Position numbers and translations under genes: made by a program
Virus record (IMG/VR): IMGVR_UViG_3300033463_000005
Location: 160,001-224,000 of that record
Direction: 5' to 3' (one strand)
Length of the DNA stretch: 64,000 nt
DNA from: a virus
Taxonomy: Duplodnaviria > Caudoviricetes
Shown: one piece after another, positions 1 through 11,506 of the stretch
How the letters are laid out: every line of letters starts with the position of its first letter
How positions within the stretch are numbered: position 1 is the first letter of the stretch
The notes under the pieces: generated by a model
Seen by the model: the letters and a program-made list of their open reading frames with translations, nothing else
Told to the model about the DNA's origin: nothing
Databases searched by the model: none

Positions 1-757
1 TCAGAATCGTATCATCCTTTTCGGTTGAATCAATCGTATCATGTTGCATCGTGATATGTGTGTTGTTGTCAGTCCATTGATAGTATGGATTCATATCACC
101 TGTAGTATGCTGTTTGGTATCAATCGTATCCACATATGCTTCCATTTTATCAATGATCAATGTATAAATACCCGCATAATCAACTTGTGGGATATTTGTT
201 GCCATGACATTCTTAAATGATGTCACGAAGAAATCATTGACATCCGTGTAGTGGAATAGATGTTCTTTCACAATGGATGTGATGGACGATTCATACACGA
301 CACCACCAGAAACATTCTCCAGATGGAAATACAGTTTGAATTTCACACCACTCTTCTGAATTGGAAGAACTTGGTCCAGTGTTTCATATTGACCAGAAAT
401 GGTATCTTGTAAGAATGCATTCCAAACTGTATTTGTGATAATATCACCGGACATATCAATTCTCGCATCCAGATTAATGCAAGATGGATCTTTTCGTTTG
501 GTAACTTGTGTATACATCTGCTCTGATACAGAAATCTTGGTACCATAATTTGTGGTTGTATTATCCAATACATATGGAACGGTATTTACAACCATGAATG
601 CATCTTCCTGCATTTGACCCGATGCAGGATATTTGGATGTATTTGGTTGATGCATTGCATTGCAACAATCACACTGATACATCGCACCACGTGATGTATA
701 TGGGTAATTCACGAGAATGGTAGGTTGGCAATTGCAACCACATTGTTTGTTATTCAT
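1..757 (-). CDS. hypothetical, probably virion protein (partial, runs off window start; not in ORF track)
   Basis: ATG at 757 after GAGGT RBS; open frame MNNKQCGCNCQPTILVNYPY... to the window edge; directly downstream of 778..2058. Confidence 0.8.
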   Translation of the reverse strand, partial: MNNKQCGCNCQPTILVNYPYTSRGAMYQCDCCNAMHQPNTSKYPASGQMQEDAFMVVNTVPYVLDNTTTNYGTKISVSEQMYTQVTKRKDPSCINLDARIDMSGDIITNTVWNAFLQDTISGQYETLDQVLPIQKSGVKFKLYFHLENVSGGVVYESSITSIVKEHLFHYTDVNDFFVTSFKNVMATNIPQVDYAGIYTLIIDKMEAYVDTIDTKQHTTGDMNPYYQWTDNNTHITMQHDTIDSTEKDDTIL

Positions 758-777
758 ATATCATACCTCACTTTCAA

Positions 778-2058
778 TTATTTGATTTTCAATGTTTGTT
801 TGATAATCCAGATGATAATTGGTGTCCACAAGAATACTTCTTTTGACATGGAATTATCAAACAATTGATCACCGGTATACAATGACAGATCACGAATGGA
901 TGTGATTTTCCCATGGATGTAATCATGAATCAATGACACATAATCATATCGTTTTAATTTATATGCACGAATGCATGTATCGCGACATTTGCAACATGTA
1001 CAATCGCATATATTACATTCGCGAATATCCGTTTCATTTTCCAAAATGGAATATACTTCTTGTGGGAAGAAATCCGCAAATCCGGGATTCTCACACCATG
1101 AATCACCATATACCATTAATTGTACATCATCCCCATATTGATAGAAGGATGAGTCTGGATAATTTGAAGATGATACCAATCGGTATTTAAATGGCATTAA
1201 ATACCGCAATGGTGCATCCCGTTCAATCCATTTGTATGGAGAACGTTCATACATGAACCACATCTCGGGTGTCCGAATCTTATTCTCATTCAATACAATA
1301 TTTCCATTTGCATTATCACGAATGATCAATCCGTTCTTTGCCATGAAAACATTTGCACAAATATCAAATAATGACATACCATTCAAATGAAGAATGAAAC
1401 AATTGTGTCGATGATCATAATAATTTGCAACGTAATTACAAATCATATCATCAACCATTCGAATCAAACGATGACGCAGTTCATAATCTTCTTTCCCAAT
1501 GACTGGTGTTAAATCCTCACCACCAACCGTTTGCAAATCCATAATGAAATTACCAATGACTTGGTGATTCAAAAAGGTGATATCATTTGGATTTGTGGAA
1601 TATAGACTGTATGAAATCCGATACGAACCATCGGTATTGAGTCCATCTTGTGTGACTTCCGTGACACGAATCAAATGTGTCATGCGTAAATGATTGATAA
1701 TGAAGAAATCATTTTCGCGTGGCATCACGGTTCCGGGTATGATGAATGCTTCGCCATTCAGATTATAATTGCGAACTGATGTTTGACCAGTCGATGTATT
1801 CTCCGGGGATAACGGCGACATTCCCATTATCATCATATTTTCTATACGACGATATCGCAACGGAGAATCGGTTCCGAGGATCTGATATACGGTATCAAAA
1901 CCAATTCCAGTTGTAGTAGTTGCATCATCGATATTGAAATATGTTACAAGTGTTCGATCCGTTCCTGTATATTTATTGATACGGGAATGAAGAAATTTGT
2001 CATATTGATACATCTGACCATCTACCAATGACTTTTCATCATAAATCAATTGTGCCAT
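778..2058 (-). CDS. putative virion structural protein (possibly neck/head-closure type)
   Basis: Long ORF; AAAGGTGGTG RBS before MAQLIY; PLRY...GEAFIIPGTVMPRENDFF pattern recalled from jumbo-phage structural proteins; AACA-N6-TA motif upstream. Confidence 0.5.
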   Translation of the reverse strand: MAQLIYDEKSLVDGQMYQYDKFLHSRINKYTGTDRTLVTYFNIDDATTTTGIGFDTVYQILGTDSPLRYRRIENMMIMGMSPLSPENTSTGQTSVRNYNLNGEAFIIPGTVMPRENDFFIINHLRMTHLIRVTEVTQDGLNTDGSYRISYSLYSTNPNDITFLNHQVIGNFIMDLQTVGGEDLTPVIGKEDYELRHRLIRMVDDMICNYVANYYDHRHNCFILHLNGMSLFDICANVFMAKNGLIIRDNANGNIVLNENKIRTPEMWFMYERSPYKWIERDAPLRYLMPFKYRLVSSSNYPDSSFYQYGDDVQLMVYGDSWCENPGFADFFPQEVYSILENETDIRECNICDCTCCKCRDTCIRAYKLKRYDYVSLIHDYIHGKITSIRDLSLYTGDQLFDNSMSKEVFLWTPIIIWIIKQTLKIK

Positions 2059-2107
2059 GTTATAATCACCACCTTTAATCAATTTATCGAAATCAATGAT
2101 TCGACAT

Positions 2108-2119
2108 TACGAAGCTGTT
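2108..2119 (-). promoter_or_regulatory. putative late promoter AACA-N6-TA
   Basis: Minus strand AACAGCTTCGTA, ~50 nt upstream of a structural gene; matches AR9 late consensus. Confidence 0.5.
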
Positions 2120-2166
2120 TCATACCATTATTATAGTTCTTTTTATAATATTTTTATCCCACATAC

Positions 2167-2176
2167 ATATATGATT
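2167..2176 (+). promoter_or_regulatory. putative early promoter RTATATNATT
   Basis: ATATATGATT upstream of 2250; motif recurs at ~10 transcription-unit starts. Confidence 0.6.
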
Positions 2177-2249
2177 TTTATGGTATGGATGAATTATAAT
2201 TCAATTCAAATAATTCAAAATCAAATCCATACGAAGAAAGGAAATCAGT

Positions 2250-2846
2250 ATGAAAATGACAAAGATCAAAGTAACCAAAAGAATGGAAAGCGACGTCACA
2301 GAGATGTTCGCAAACGGATGGCGGGTATCTGTATTCCGTCATGATGATTTCAGATATGATTTTCTGATCATATCTAAAGACAGAATTCGGTTTGAAATCA
2401 GACCGGACAAAGAGACCCACTGTATTATCGTCTCCAGATTCGTTGATGGAAAGAAGGTGGACTATAAGAAATTCTATGACACTGGACTCGGTGTCACCGG
2501 CACAGTCTGCATCCTGGAAGATACAATGGACAACACATACTGCTTCTTCCGGACAGAAGATCTGCAGCAGCTGATTGATACATACAGACTGAAGAAGGTT
2601 CTGTTTGCCAAGCAGGCTGGTGAGAAGTTCACGTACACGATGCTGTACAATCCGGAACTGCACAAGAACTCGTTCGCACCCATTCATACGGATGGAACGA
2701 TGACAAACAAGATGATCGAAGGAAAGGATTCGATCGAGATTGTGGATGCGACATATGTTTATGATGCATCACAGTCGATTCTGGTGATTCCGCAGGTATA
2801 TGATCCCGTTGTGATCAATTCGTTGATGAAGGAGATCATCGGCTAA
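2250..2846 (+). CDS. hypothetical protein
   Basis: 198-aa ORF with AAAGGA RBS. Confidence 0.8.
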   Translation: MKMTKIKVTKRMESDVTEMFANGWRVSVFRHDDFRYDFLIISKDRIRFEIRPDKETHCIIVSRFVDGKKVDYKKFYDTGLGVTGTVCILEDTMDNTYCFFRTEDLQQLIDTYRLKKVLFAKQAGEKFTYTMLYNPELHKNSFAPIHTDGTMTNKMIEGKDSIEIVDATYVYDASQSILVIPQVYDPVVINSLMKEIIG

Positions 2847-2869
2847 TATCATGAAAGGATGTGATCACC

Positions 2870-4027
2870 ATGAGCATCCAATACAACTATCCCGTTGAAC
2901 AGCTGGATGCACTGATCGAGCAATTGTCCAACGGCATCACACCAATGATGTCGGATGCTTTGAAAGCAGAAGTGCAATTGCGATATCAGGAACTCCAACA
3001 CGAAGGATACGACGATGAAGACGACGAAGATTATCGTTCTGCAGTTCAGAAGCACGAAGATGCAATGAAAGCAATTGAAGATAATCGTCGTCGTTCTCAT
3101 TCCAGAAACATCATGATTCTGGATTTGACCGATGCAGAAAAGCAAAAATTGTCCGATGATATGGATGTATGTTATATTCGATCCGACCCGAATTCAACAT
3201 ATAATCTATCGGATGAAGATATCTCCGAAGATGTGGAGCGTCGTCGAATCTATAAACAGTTACAATCCATCGGTAAAATCTATTATCATCAGGAAGATTA
3301 TCGAAATGCAATCAACATCATTCATGAAGCAATCGAATATTCGTTGAAACATGATTATCCGTGGATGACATATGAGGAAGCGTGTGAAGAGTTCCGGAAA
3401 GGAAGAATCAAATTCACATTCTCTCAACTTCCGTTATTGTATATCGATTATCACACACAAATCACAGACCCGACAATTCTTGCGGGTATTGTGAAAGGTG
3501 AGGTGAATCTGATTGATAAGGACGAGCAACCGGTGAAGAAAAAGAAGAAGAAAGACGAGGTTGGCATTTCGGTTCCATATTCTGTTATTGGTCCATACGA
3601 GCATGCAGAATATGTCAAACGTCATCAAGCCGGTTGGGATTCTCCGATTTCTCCGATTCTCAAATCTTGTTCGACGATTTACAACCGGTATGTTATGCCG
3701 TCTTCTCTCACATTCGGCAATCAGTCTCAACAAGATACATTGCCTGAAGTCGACTGGACAATGCCCGGAGCGGGAGAAGCATATTTCAATGCAAAGCACG
3801 GTATTCAGAAGAATGCAATCTCTGAGGTCGTGTCATTGTTGAATGATGCAAACGATGGCAAACTCCGTCAGACCATTGGTATGGGTATGAAATCATTCTT
3901 GGAAGGATGGAATCAACAACCACAAACATTCCGTTCTATTTCAACATCGTTGCAGCAGAACGATAAAGTCGCAGAAATCGAATCCAAGATTCTTGGTATC
4001 ATCCGACAATCCAATCCGGGATTATGA
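2870..4027 (+). CDS. hypothetical protein
   Basis: ~385-aa ORF, AAAGGATGTGA RBS, ends before a hairpin terminator. Confidence 0.85.
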   Translation: MSIQYNYPVEQLDALIEQLSNGITPMMSDALKAEVQLRYQELQHEGYDDEDDEDYRSAVQKHEDAMKAIEDNRRRSHSRNIMILDLTDAEKQKLSDDMDVCYIRSDPNSTYNLSDEDISEDVERRRIYKQLQSIGKIYYHQEDYRNAINIIHEAIEYSLKHDYPWMTYEEACEEFRKGRIKFTFSQLPLLYIDYHTQITDPTILAGIVKGEVNLIDKDEQPVKKKKKKDEVGISVPYSVIGPYEHAEYVKRHQAGWDSPISPILKSCSTIYNRYVMPSSLTFGNQSQQDTLPEVDWTMPGAGEAYFNAKHGIQKNAISEVVSLLNDANDGKLRQTIGMGMKSFLEGWNQQPQTFRSISTSLQQNDKVAEIESKILGIIRQSNPGL

Positions 4028-4036
4028 AGTAGGATA

Positions 4037-4061
4037 TATGGCGGGGCATTGCCCCGCCATA
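4037..4061. terminator. hairpin terminator between convergent genes
   Basis: TATGGCGGGGC-ATT-GCCCCGCCATA. Confidence 0.75.
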
Positions 4062-4167
4062 ATCCCATTTCGAAAGGAAGTAACACCATGTCCAACCCAA
4101 CCCCGACAGATGTATCCCGCGCATCTGCCGTATATCAATGAATAATCATTGATATTAATTTTTTGTT

Positions 4168-7100
4168 TCATCCAAGCCAAATGACTTCTGCATTCTGTGC
4201 ATCCCAAGGTGCTCCAGCAATCGATCCAGCTGGTTGATTAATGTAAATTCGCTCCAGACTATATGTTCCCGTAAATGCGTAATTGTGAATCGAACAATTC
4301 GGACTTGCATTAATATGTATTTCTTTGACTGCAGTTCCAGGTATAAATGCTGGATCAATTCTCTCAACGACAGAACTCCAGTGCACTTCATCCAGATTTG
4401 TACAACTTGCCAAAAATGCATTTGGCATATAATGTTCTCTTGTTGTATACAGGAAGAATTTCTTGAGATTTTGCATACCGCTCAGACTACCGGTCTCTGT
4501 CTCCAGATAATTTTCATTGTATCTGTATGCTGGTGTAATGACAAACTCATACAATGCATTTGGATCAGATTCGTTTCTGAACCATGTCTTCGCATTATCA
4601 TATACCAGTGGGCCATCTGCAAATTCTTGTACAATCGCTCTGGTGTTACAATCGCGAATATAAATTGCGGTTGTTGGTAGTGGTTCAGGATCATACTCAT
4701 GTTCTGGCAGTTGAATCGGATACGTATTTGGCATCGTTGATAGAACCCATTTTCCGGAATATTTAAATGATAATGCAACATGTGTGGTTGGAAGAATTGC
4801 TGGAATAATCTTCACAACATTTTCGGTATCGGTTATGGGTGCATCTGGAGTGTTTGAAATATATAATGTATATGTAAATTGGTTGGAACCGATCGCATAC
4901 ACATCATAATATTTGTCTTTGTACACATGACATTTCAACTGTTGGAACGATTGTGCACGTGTCAGATTCTGAACATCACGTGATGATTGCATCCCGCCAG
5001 TCATAATCTCACGTTTCCAAACATCATCCATCATATTCAAAATTGTCTCATGATTCATTTCGACAAATCCCAATGATGTGGATGTTTCATTTTGTAATGT
5101 AACACCATTAATCGTTGGGTGATTCGTTGTATCATCATATGACAAATTTTGTGGTGGAACGATGTAATCCAAAATGTCATGTTCGATATCCACATTATTC
5201 GTGATTCGAATTTGATCCGGAACATACTGATCTAATTTTGACACAGTGTTTTGATTGAATTTGAATTGAATTTTTTGATCAATAATGTTTGCATTTTGTA
5301 ATGATGCCAATTGATATGTGGGGTACGTCTTCCCATTGATATCAATGTAGCATGTTCCATTTTGTGTGATGACAGAATCCTCCAAATCATCCACCAATTC
5401 AATGACTTCCAGATTCCGTAATGAAGTCAGATTCCGCAACTGGAATGTTGTTGGCGATAATATCGTCAGATGGTTATCATCATTCACATACCGACCATTC
5501 ACCCAGAATTCATACCGATCACGTGACAGTGGTGTTGGAACATATCCTGTCAAATCGATGACTCCATTTTCTGGAATATGGGAAGCAACGTATCTGGATA
5601 CATGCAGATAGTTGGATCGAATGCTATTGATACTAGGGTTGTCAGATGGATCTACGATTAATCGTGTATGAATATCGTTCTTCCGAATATCTGCGATTGG
5701 ATAACGGACATCATTTGTTTGATCATAATAATACACAAATGGGTCCTCTATGAATTCATCTGAATTCAATTTGTAATGATTTGATAAACGGATGATCGCG
5801 TGTTCATCTAATGTGATTCCATTTGGAACAAGAATGCATGTATCTGGAATCAGTCGATATGTTGGTGAAATTAACTTCATCCAATTTGTGATATTCGAAA
5901 TTGTTACCCATTCACATGTACGTTTGATTGAGATCAAACCACCGGACATATGATGGGATTCATCCGGAATAACTGTACACAGATACGTTTGTGTTGCATC
6001 TGTTGTCAAATTGGAATCAATGATCTCAATATCATCATCCGTTGTTCTACCGCGGAATATGATATTGGATGCACCACCATCAAATGATTTTTCGGATGAA
6101 TTCTGAATACAGATCAATGTGATGCGTTTGTTTGGTTCAAATCCATTTATGTCAATTTTCGTCGATGTAACATAAGAAATTTGCATCTGTTGTTGTGGGA
6201 TGGAGGTGTCTTTCATTGGATTTGGAACATACACATCAAAGTCATCAATGGCATATTCTGAACCATCAGATTCAACTGTCATATTGCAAAAACGAGTCGT
6301 AGAACCTTCCGTATGCAATCCACTGCGTTGATACCGTTTTAACAAGACTCCTTCTTGATATGGAAAGTCTTCTGGAACCGGATCTAACTGTGACACCGCA
6401 TACGCTTCATCCGTGTCATAATGTTTCCGAATTCGAATATTCGCATACAGATTATCGGTGTAATGAGACGGATCGATTGTAACAACAGGACGGAATCGAA
6501 CTTGACATGTATCTTGATTGAGTTGGATGTCATCAAACACATCAGAATTATCGTATGCGAAGAAAATCAAAATCCGACGTGATGCAAATGCCGAATCCAC
6601 AAACGTAATCGTCAATGACGTCAACACATCATTTGTATCAAACTCGTGATAATGATCAAATAACAAACCATCTTCAATGGTTTCATCAACCGTATACAGA
6701 TTTGAATCGATCCAACTTTGTGTATCCATATCATACAACCGAATTTGAACCTGATCGGAATACATCAAATCTTGGATATGTGGACGATATACATGCGAAA
6801 TGTATGCACGCCCGTTGTTGATATATGTCAACGCAGCTTCATACGAGATAACATTATACCACGTTGTCGGTGTTTCCAATTGTTCCAAATACAATTTGAA
6901 TCGTTTTACATTGTCATCATAATATTTCATTTTCATTTGTGCATTTTCAATTTGAATTTTGATTTCATCTTTTTCCGCTTTTGTTGTCGCATGTTGTAAT
7001 GCAATTGATAATGCTTGAATCTGCATTGCTGTTGATGAGATCTTTGTCATTGTTTGTGTAATTTCATTTTGGAACACTTCACGTTCCTGATCCCACACAG

Positions 7101-10100
7101 AATGATCATCCGGTTCTGTTCGTAATACTGGATACAACTCCGGATCTGTCAATGTATTGAAATTATGACGGATCATATTGATTGTGATGGTTTCGTCTTG
7201 TTGTTGTACTCTTGCGGAACCAATGTAAATTGCGTGCATTTCTTTATTAAATATTTCAGTCAATGGTTCTGGAAGATTCGGTTCATTGTATTCATCCAAG
7301 AAATTTCGAACATTATCATCCGCGATTGTACATGTGATATTCTGCATCAGATATTTATGCATCACATTATAATCATTCGTGCCAAACCATTTTGCATGAT
7401 GTTCATCCACTTTTGCTTCGATCATGCCATGTGCACGAGAATGATCAATCGCAGTGATGATCAATGGGAATAAACTCATGCCGTCATCTGTATATGCATA
7501 TACGGTTTGACCAACATGGTATTTTCCACCAATGGATTCGATCACATTTTCGGATGGTGTAATATGAATCACTTCACATGCTTTGAAGAACATCGTCTTT
7601 GGTGGACGCAATTCTTGTGATATAATACCATATCGATTCAATTCATTGCATGGAATATAGATCGCATCATTCGGACCCTGAAGATCATCGGTATTTGGAT
7701 TTTGATATTCCGACATCTTTTCCAATGGTTTAAAATGATTACCCGCCAATAATTCATAATGCAATTCCGAATGTGGTTGATTCACAACTTCGTCATTTGT
7801 GTTTGTTGTAAATGTTTCATGTACATTCTGAACATTCAAACGAAGATTTTGTGAACCGATGTATTTGCGAATATCGTTCATGATATTGGACGATGATGAA
7901 ACTTTCTGGAATGACAACGTAATATCATTGAGTGTTTGCAATGTGGAACCTTCACCATCACAAATCACAAATGATACTGTAACATCAGAACCATCAAAGA
8001 ATGCAAATTCACATGTTGGAATTACGCGTGTAATCACATATTCCGAATTGACTTCCTCGTACATGATATGGAATAATATTGCGGAATCACCCGTTTTAGA
8101 AACATTCGGCAAATGCATATGATCATCAGAGTTTGCAATCGTCACATATCCATATACAGGTTTCTCTTGTAATGTAACAGAACCAAGTTCAACTTTATCG
8201 AGAATATAAATGTCGAACAAATAACTCTGCGCGATGCCATCACAATATGATGCGAGCGGAATTAAACTTGATGTGAAGACAGACCCATCAATGTCGTCCA
8301 ATGTTGATTGAATCAATGGTGCATTTGTTTGAATTTGATTGATGAAGATTTGCAAATGTGCTGCATATGTTTGGAATAATGTTTTGGTATATAAAACATT
8401 TGGATTATCAGAATACAAATTATGCAATTCATTCATTGTTGTCATATCCAATGTTTGTGCCCAATATTCCAATTGATGCAAACTCATATTGGTGTTGATT
8501 TCTTTTAATTGTAAATACAAACGACGAATCCGCGCGATTGCATACAGATCGAATCCGGTATAATCAAATACCTTTTGCATGATCATCAGAATTGTGGATA
8601 CCAGACCATACAGTTTGAATGATTTATTTGCCAAAGTATTTGTCCAAATATACATTTCAGACACTTGATCATATAATGTCTGTAATGTTTGATACAACGT
8701 GTCCTGTGTGATATCCTCAAACGTTGCAACAATTCCCGGTGTTTGTGACGATTGTGGATTAAAGTTGTCCCCACGTTCAGAAACAAATTCACGAATTGCA
8801 TTTGCATGTTTTTCCATACAATGCAATGTATTCTGAATTTCTGTCCGTTGATTCCAAATGGATGTGTAATTTGTAACAAGATTGTTGATGTGATTGTACA
8901 CATCACTCAAATACAACGAAACCATATTCGCAATCTTTGCATCATCATAATATTGATATTCATCCAGAATCATGGATTGAACGGGATCCGTATATTCCAC
9001 GTAATAATTCGGATCCACGCCGTCATTTGTGAACAGAATATGTTTCTGCGTTGGTTGATAACGATTCAATGTATTCCGATAAGATTGTGCATTCAACGGA
9101 AATACATTGTGATCTGTTCCAACAACGAATGGAAGACCTGCATACAATGTCACTTCGTTAGTATCCGGGAATGAACAGTGTGCTTTTTCAGGATCCGGAA
9201 TCCAATATGGACACGTCATGACAATACCATAGTTCACCAATTCTGTCTCCAAAGAAGAATCCATTTCATCAATTGACAGATCTGCATAGCGTGGATAAAA
9301 TTCCTTTTCCACAATCATATGAATCAGATATGCCAACAGTTGATCTTTATTATCATACATCATCTGCAATGTATAGAACATGAAGTTCAATGCAAACGGT
9401 GCACGAATGTCATCTTCATTCGCATCCAGATGATCGGATGATGCATTTGATGGTTCATAATTCATCATGGAAGGATATTCCAAGAATGTATCACCATTCA
9501 TCTTTTGCTGCAGAATCTTTGAAAGCACATTGATCTTCGCATTGTTGTAATCGTCCATATACATCATATTGGCAAACTTCTCCAACCGATTTTCAACATG
9601 CCAATATTTCACAAATCCAATATGACGATCAACTTCTTTTGTGAATTGATCAAAGTCAATCAATTGTTCAACGGAGAATGGTTCCGTTGTTTCTTCATGT
9701 GGATTCTTTGTGTCAGTATATAAGATGAAGAATTTATAAAGCTCATCGCCACGTAAATCATTTCTGATATAGAACGTATTTCCGATACCACTAAAGTGTT
9801 GGATAGTCGGTGTATCAAATAACCAACATGATTCCGCACGATCGTATTTCAATGTGATGAAACATTGTTCTGATATTGGCCGATTGAATCGATGTTCATT
9901 ATCCACGGCAAAGTAGTTTGTAAATGAATCTGCAATTACACGCAATGATGTAAACGGTTCCAATGCAAATGGTTGTGCAATTTCATCAATAAACAATTGG
10001 AAATTGTCATCAAACAATTCGTCGAACACATACTTTTGTACTTCGGAATATGTTGCTGTGACATTCCCTAACGTTTCAAACTTTTGAATCAATGTCTCAA

Positions 10101-11478
10101 ATCGTTTCAAATTGTCATGTGAAATCATGGATGTCACAATTGCACATTTCAAATAGGTTTCATATTGCGATCTCAATACTGAAGCGATAGACGATGAAAC
10201 CGATTTGATATTTGTTTCGATGTATTGTGATGTCGCAATAGATGGCCCAACATTGCAATCAACACCAAGTTTTGTGATTGTCGGTTTCAATGTTTCTAAT
10301 TGTGTGATCATGCCAAAACAATTCGTGAGAGTTCTGTATGACATGTCGGAAGGACGATCGACGCAGATTGGTGGTGTGCATACTTCATTCATCGCAATAG
10401 ATTCCGTATGCTGTAGGATAATTCTTCCACCGTCTTCATTTGCAACATGATTCCATTGATCATCATAAACAACTTGTTTTCCCATCATGTTGTAATAGTT
10501 GATTGCGGGGAAAACATTTGGAATCTCATGGATGTATTTTAATACATACACACGAACATTCAAATTCTTTGAGTTTAATTGTTGGATTTTGTTCAATGTG
10601 TGTGTTTGGATATTTTTAATATCCAAACCATATCGTGTTAAACAACCAAAGTTCGGAGCAACCAATACTGAATTCTGATATTGTTCGTCATACACTTCAA
10701 CCAAACAATTGCATCCAATCCATGATCGAACATCTTTCGTATTTTGGAACATTGTATACGGAATCGTCTGTTCATTTGTGATATAGATGGAAGGAACGAC
10801 ACCTTCGATTACTTTGGATGAATCCAATTTATAAATGATGAAATTTGGATCCGCGGTTTGATTCCATGGGATCTTGAAACGGAATCCTTTGTCATCAACA
10901 CCAACACTCCAATTTCCAACCATGAATCCATTTACAGTACATAGCAATGTGAATCCAAGAATCGAAGATATCTCATCCGATAAGAATTCATTTGCCGGAA
11001 CATAATATTTGGACTCTGTCTCATACATTTTGTGAAGCTTCTGACGAATGAATTCATCACGATCTCCAAAATGTAATTGATCATATGGCACATCAACAAT
11101 GAAATCTCCAAACCGATCTGTTGATACACTTTTCGAATCACCGTATTTCACGGATGCAATGACTGCATGTGTATTCACTAACATATCACTCATTGCATTC
11201 TGTAATGACATTTTATATGTTTCAATCAAAGATTCATTCAAATCTTCAAATGAATAATTGGAACGTTCCATCAAATCTGTTAACTGTTGGAATCCATAAT
11301 AATTACCGACAACACCGTACGGTTGTCTGTCGATCAATTGTGAATCCAACGCAATCAGATTCTGATAACGTTTGTTGATGGTTTCCCATTTTGTATCGTT
11401 GAATGATTTGATTCCATTTCTAGAACCCGTCAGATATTCATGATACTTATGAAACCATTGATTGTAATTCATAATCAT
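4168..11478 (-). CDS. very large virion (tail/baseplate-associated) protein with C-terminal BspA-type leucine-rich-repeat domain
   Basis: 2436 aa; C-terminus has AFLASCTNLDEV / AFIPGTAVKEI / AFTGTYSLERIYIN repeats and IAGAPWDA cap; YEFWVNGR motif; AAAGGAG RBS. Confidence 0.65.
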   Translation of the reverse strand: MIMNYNQWFHKYHEYLTGSRNGIKSFNDTKWETINKRYQNLIALDSQLIDRQPYGVVGNYYGFQQLTDLMERSNYSFEDLNESLIETYKMSLQNAMSDMLVNTHAVIASVKYGDSKSVSTDRFGDFIVDVPYDQLHFGDRDEFIRQKLHKMYETESKYYVPANEFLSDEISSILGFTLLCTVNGFMVGNWSVGVDDKGFRFKIPWNQTADPNFIIYKLDSSKVIEGVVPSIYITNEQTIPYTMFQNTKDVRSWIGCNCLVEVYDEQYQNSVLVAPNFGCLTRYGLDIKNIQTHTLNKIQQLNSKNLNVRVYVLKYIHEIPNVFPAINYYNMMGKQVVYDDQWNHVANEDGGRIILQHTESIAMNEVCTPPICVDRPSDMSYRTLTNCFGMITQLETLKPTITKLGVDCNVGPSIATSQYIETNIKSVSSSIASVLRSQYETYLKCAIVTSMISHDNLKRFETLIQKFETLGNVTATYSEVQKYVFDELFDDNFQLFIDEIAQPFALEPFTSLRVIADSFTNYFAVDNEHRFNRPISEQCFITLKYDRAESCWLFDTPTIQHFSGIGNTFYIRNDLRGDELYKFFILYTDTKNPHEETTEPFSVEQLIDFDQFTKEVDRHIGFVKYWHVENRLEKFANMMYMDDYNNAKINVLSKILQQKMNGDTFLEYPSMMNYEPSNASSDHLDANEDDIRAPFALNFMFYTLQMMYDNKDQLLAYLIHMIVEKEFYPRYADLSIDEMDSSLETELVNYGIVMTCPYWIPDPEKAHCSFPDTNEVTLYAGLPFVVGTDHNVFPLNAQSYRNTLNRYQPTQKHILFTNDGVDPNYYVEYTDPVQSMILDEYQYYDDAKIANMVSLYLSDVYNHINNLVTNYTSIWNQRTEIQNTLHCMEKHANAIREFVSERGDNFNPQSSQTPGIVATFEDITQDTLYQTLQTLYDQVSEMYIWTNTLANKSFKLYGLVSTILMIMQKVFDYTGFDLYAIARIRRLYLQLKEINTNMSLHQLEYWAQTLDMTTMNELHNLYSDNPNVLYTKTLFQTYAAHLQIFINQIQTNAPLIQSTLDDIDGSVFTSSLIPLASYCDGIAQSYLFDIYILDKVELGSVTLQEKPVYGYVTIANSDDHMHLPNVSKTGDSAILFHIMYEEVNSEYVITRVIPTCEFAFFDGSDVTVSFVICDGEGSTLQTLNDITLSFQKVSSSSNIMNDIRKYIGSQNLRLNVQNVHETFTTNTNDEVVNQPHSELHYELLAGNHFKPLEKMSEYQNPNTDDLQGPNDAIYIPCNELNRYGIISQELRPPKTMFFKACEVIHITPSENVIESIGGKYHVGQTVYAYTDDGMSLFPLIITAIDHSRAHGMIEAKVDEHHAKWFGTNDYNVMHKYLMQNITCTIADDNVRNFLDEYNEPNLPEPLTEIFNKEMHAIYIGSARVQQQDETITINMIRHNFNTLTDPELYPVLRTEPDDHSVWDQEREVFQNEITQTMTKISSTAMQIQALSIALQHATTKAEKDEIKIQIENAQMKMKYYDDNVKRFKLYLEQLETPTTWYNVISYEAALTYINNGRAYISHVYRPHIQDLMYSDQVQIRLYDMDTQSWIDSNLYTVDETIEDGLLFDHYHEFDTNDVLTSLTITFVDSAFASRRILIFFAYDNSDVFDDIQLNQDTCQVRFRPVVTIDPSHYTDNLYANIRIRKHYDTDEAYAVSQLDPVPEDFPYQEGVLLKRYQRSGLHTEGSTTRFCNMTVESDGSEYAIDDFDVYVPNPMKDTSIPQQQMQISYVTSTKIDINGFEPNKRITLICIQNSSEKSFDGGASNIIFRGRTTDDDIEIIDSNLTTDATQTYLCTVIPDESHHMSGGLISIKRTCEWVTISNITNWMKLISPTYRLIPDTCILVPNGITLDEHAIIRLSNHYKLNSDEFIEDPFVYYYDQTNDVRYPIADIRKNDIHTRLIVDPSDNPSINSIRSNYLHVSRYVASHIPENGVIDLTGYVPTPLSRDRYEFWVNGRYVNDDNHLTILSPTTFQLRNLTSLRNLEVIELVDDLEDSVITQNGTCYIDINGKTYPTYQLASLQNANIIDQKIQFKFNQNTVSKLDQYVPDQIRITNNVDIEHDILDYIVPPQNLSYDDTTNHPTINGVTLQNETSTSLGFVEMNHETILNMMDDVWKREIMTGGMQSSRDVQNLTRAQSFQQLKCHVYKDKYYDVYAIGSNQFTYTLYISNTPDAPITDTENVVKIIPAILPTTHVALSFKYSGKWVLSTMPNTYPIQLPEHEYDPEPLPTTAIYIRDCNTRAIVQEFADGPLVYDNAKTWFRNESDPNALYEFVITPAYRYNENYLETETGSLSGMQNLKKFFLYTTREHYMPNAFLASCTNLDEVHWSSVVERIDPAFIPGTAVKEIHINASPNCSIHNYAFTGTYSLERIYINQPAGSIAGAPWDAQNAEVIWLG

Positions 11479-11506
11479 TACGAGTTGATCTCCTTTCGTA
11501 ATAGGT

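Noticed and set aside
2192-2226. Short AATTCA/AATCA repeats as origin iterons
   Set aside because: Too short and AT-rich; better explained as the loop of a 5' UTR hairpin
3530-3555. Poly-lysine run as a nuclear localisation signal
   Set aside because: A low-complexity basic patch in a bacteriophage protein with no other support
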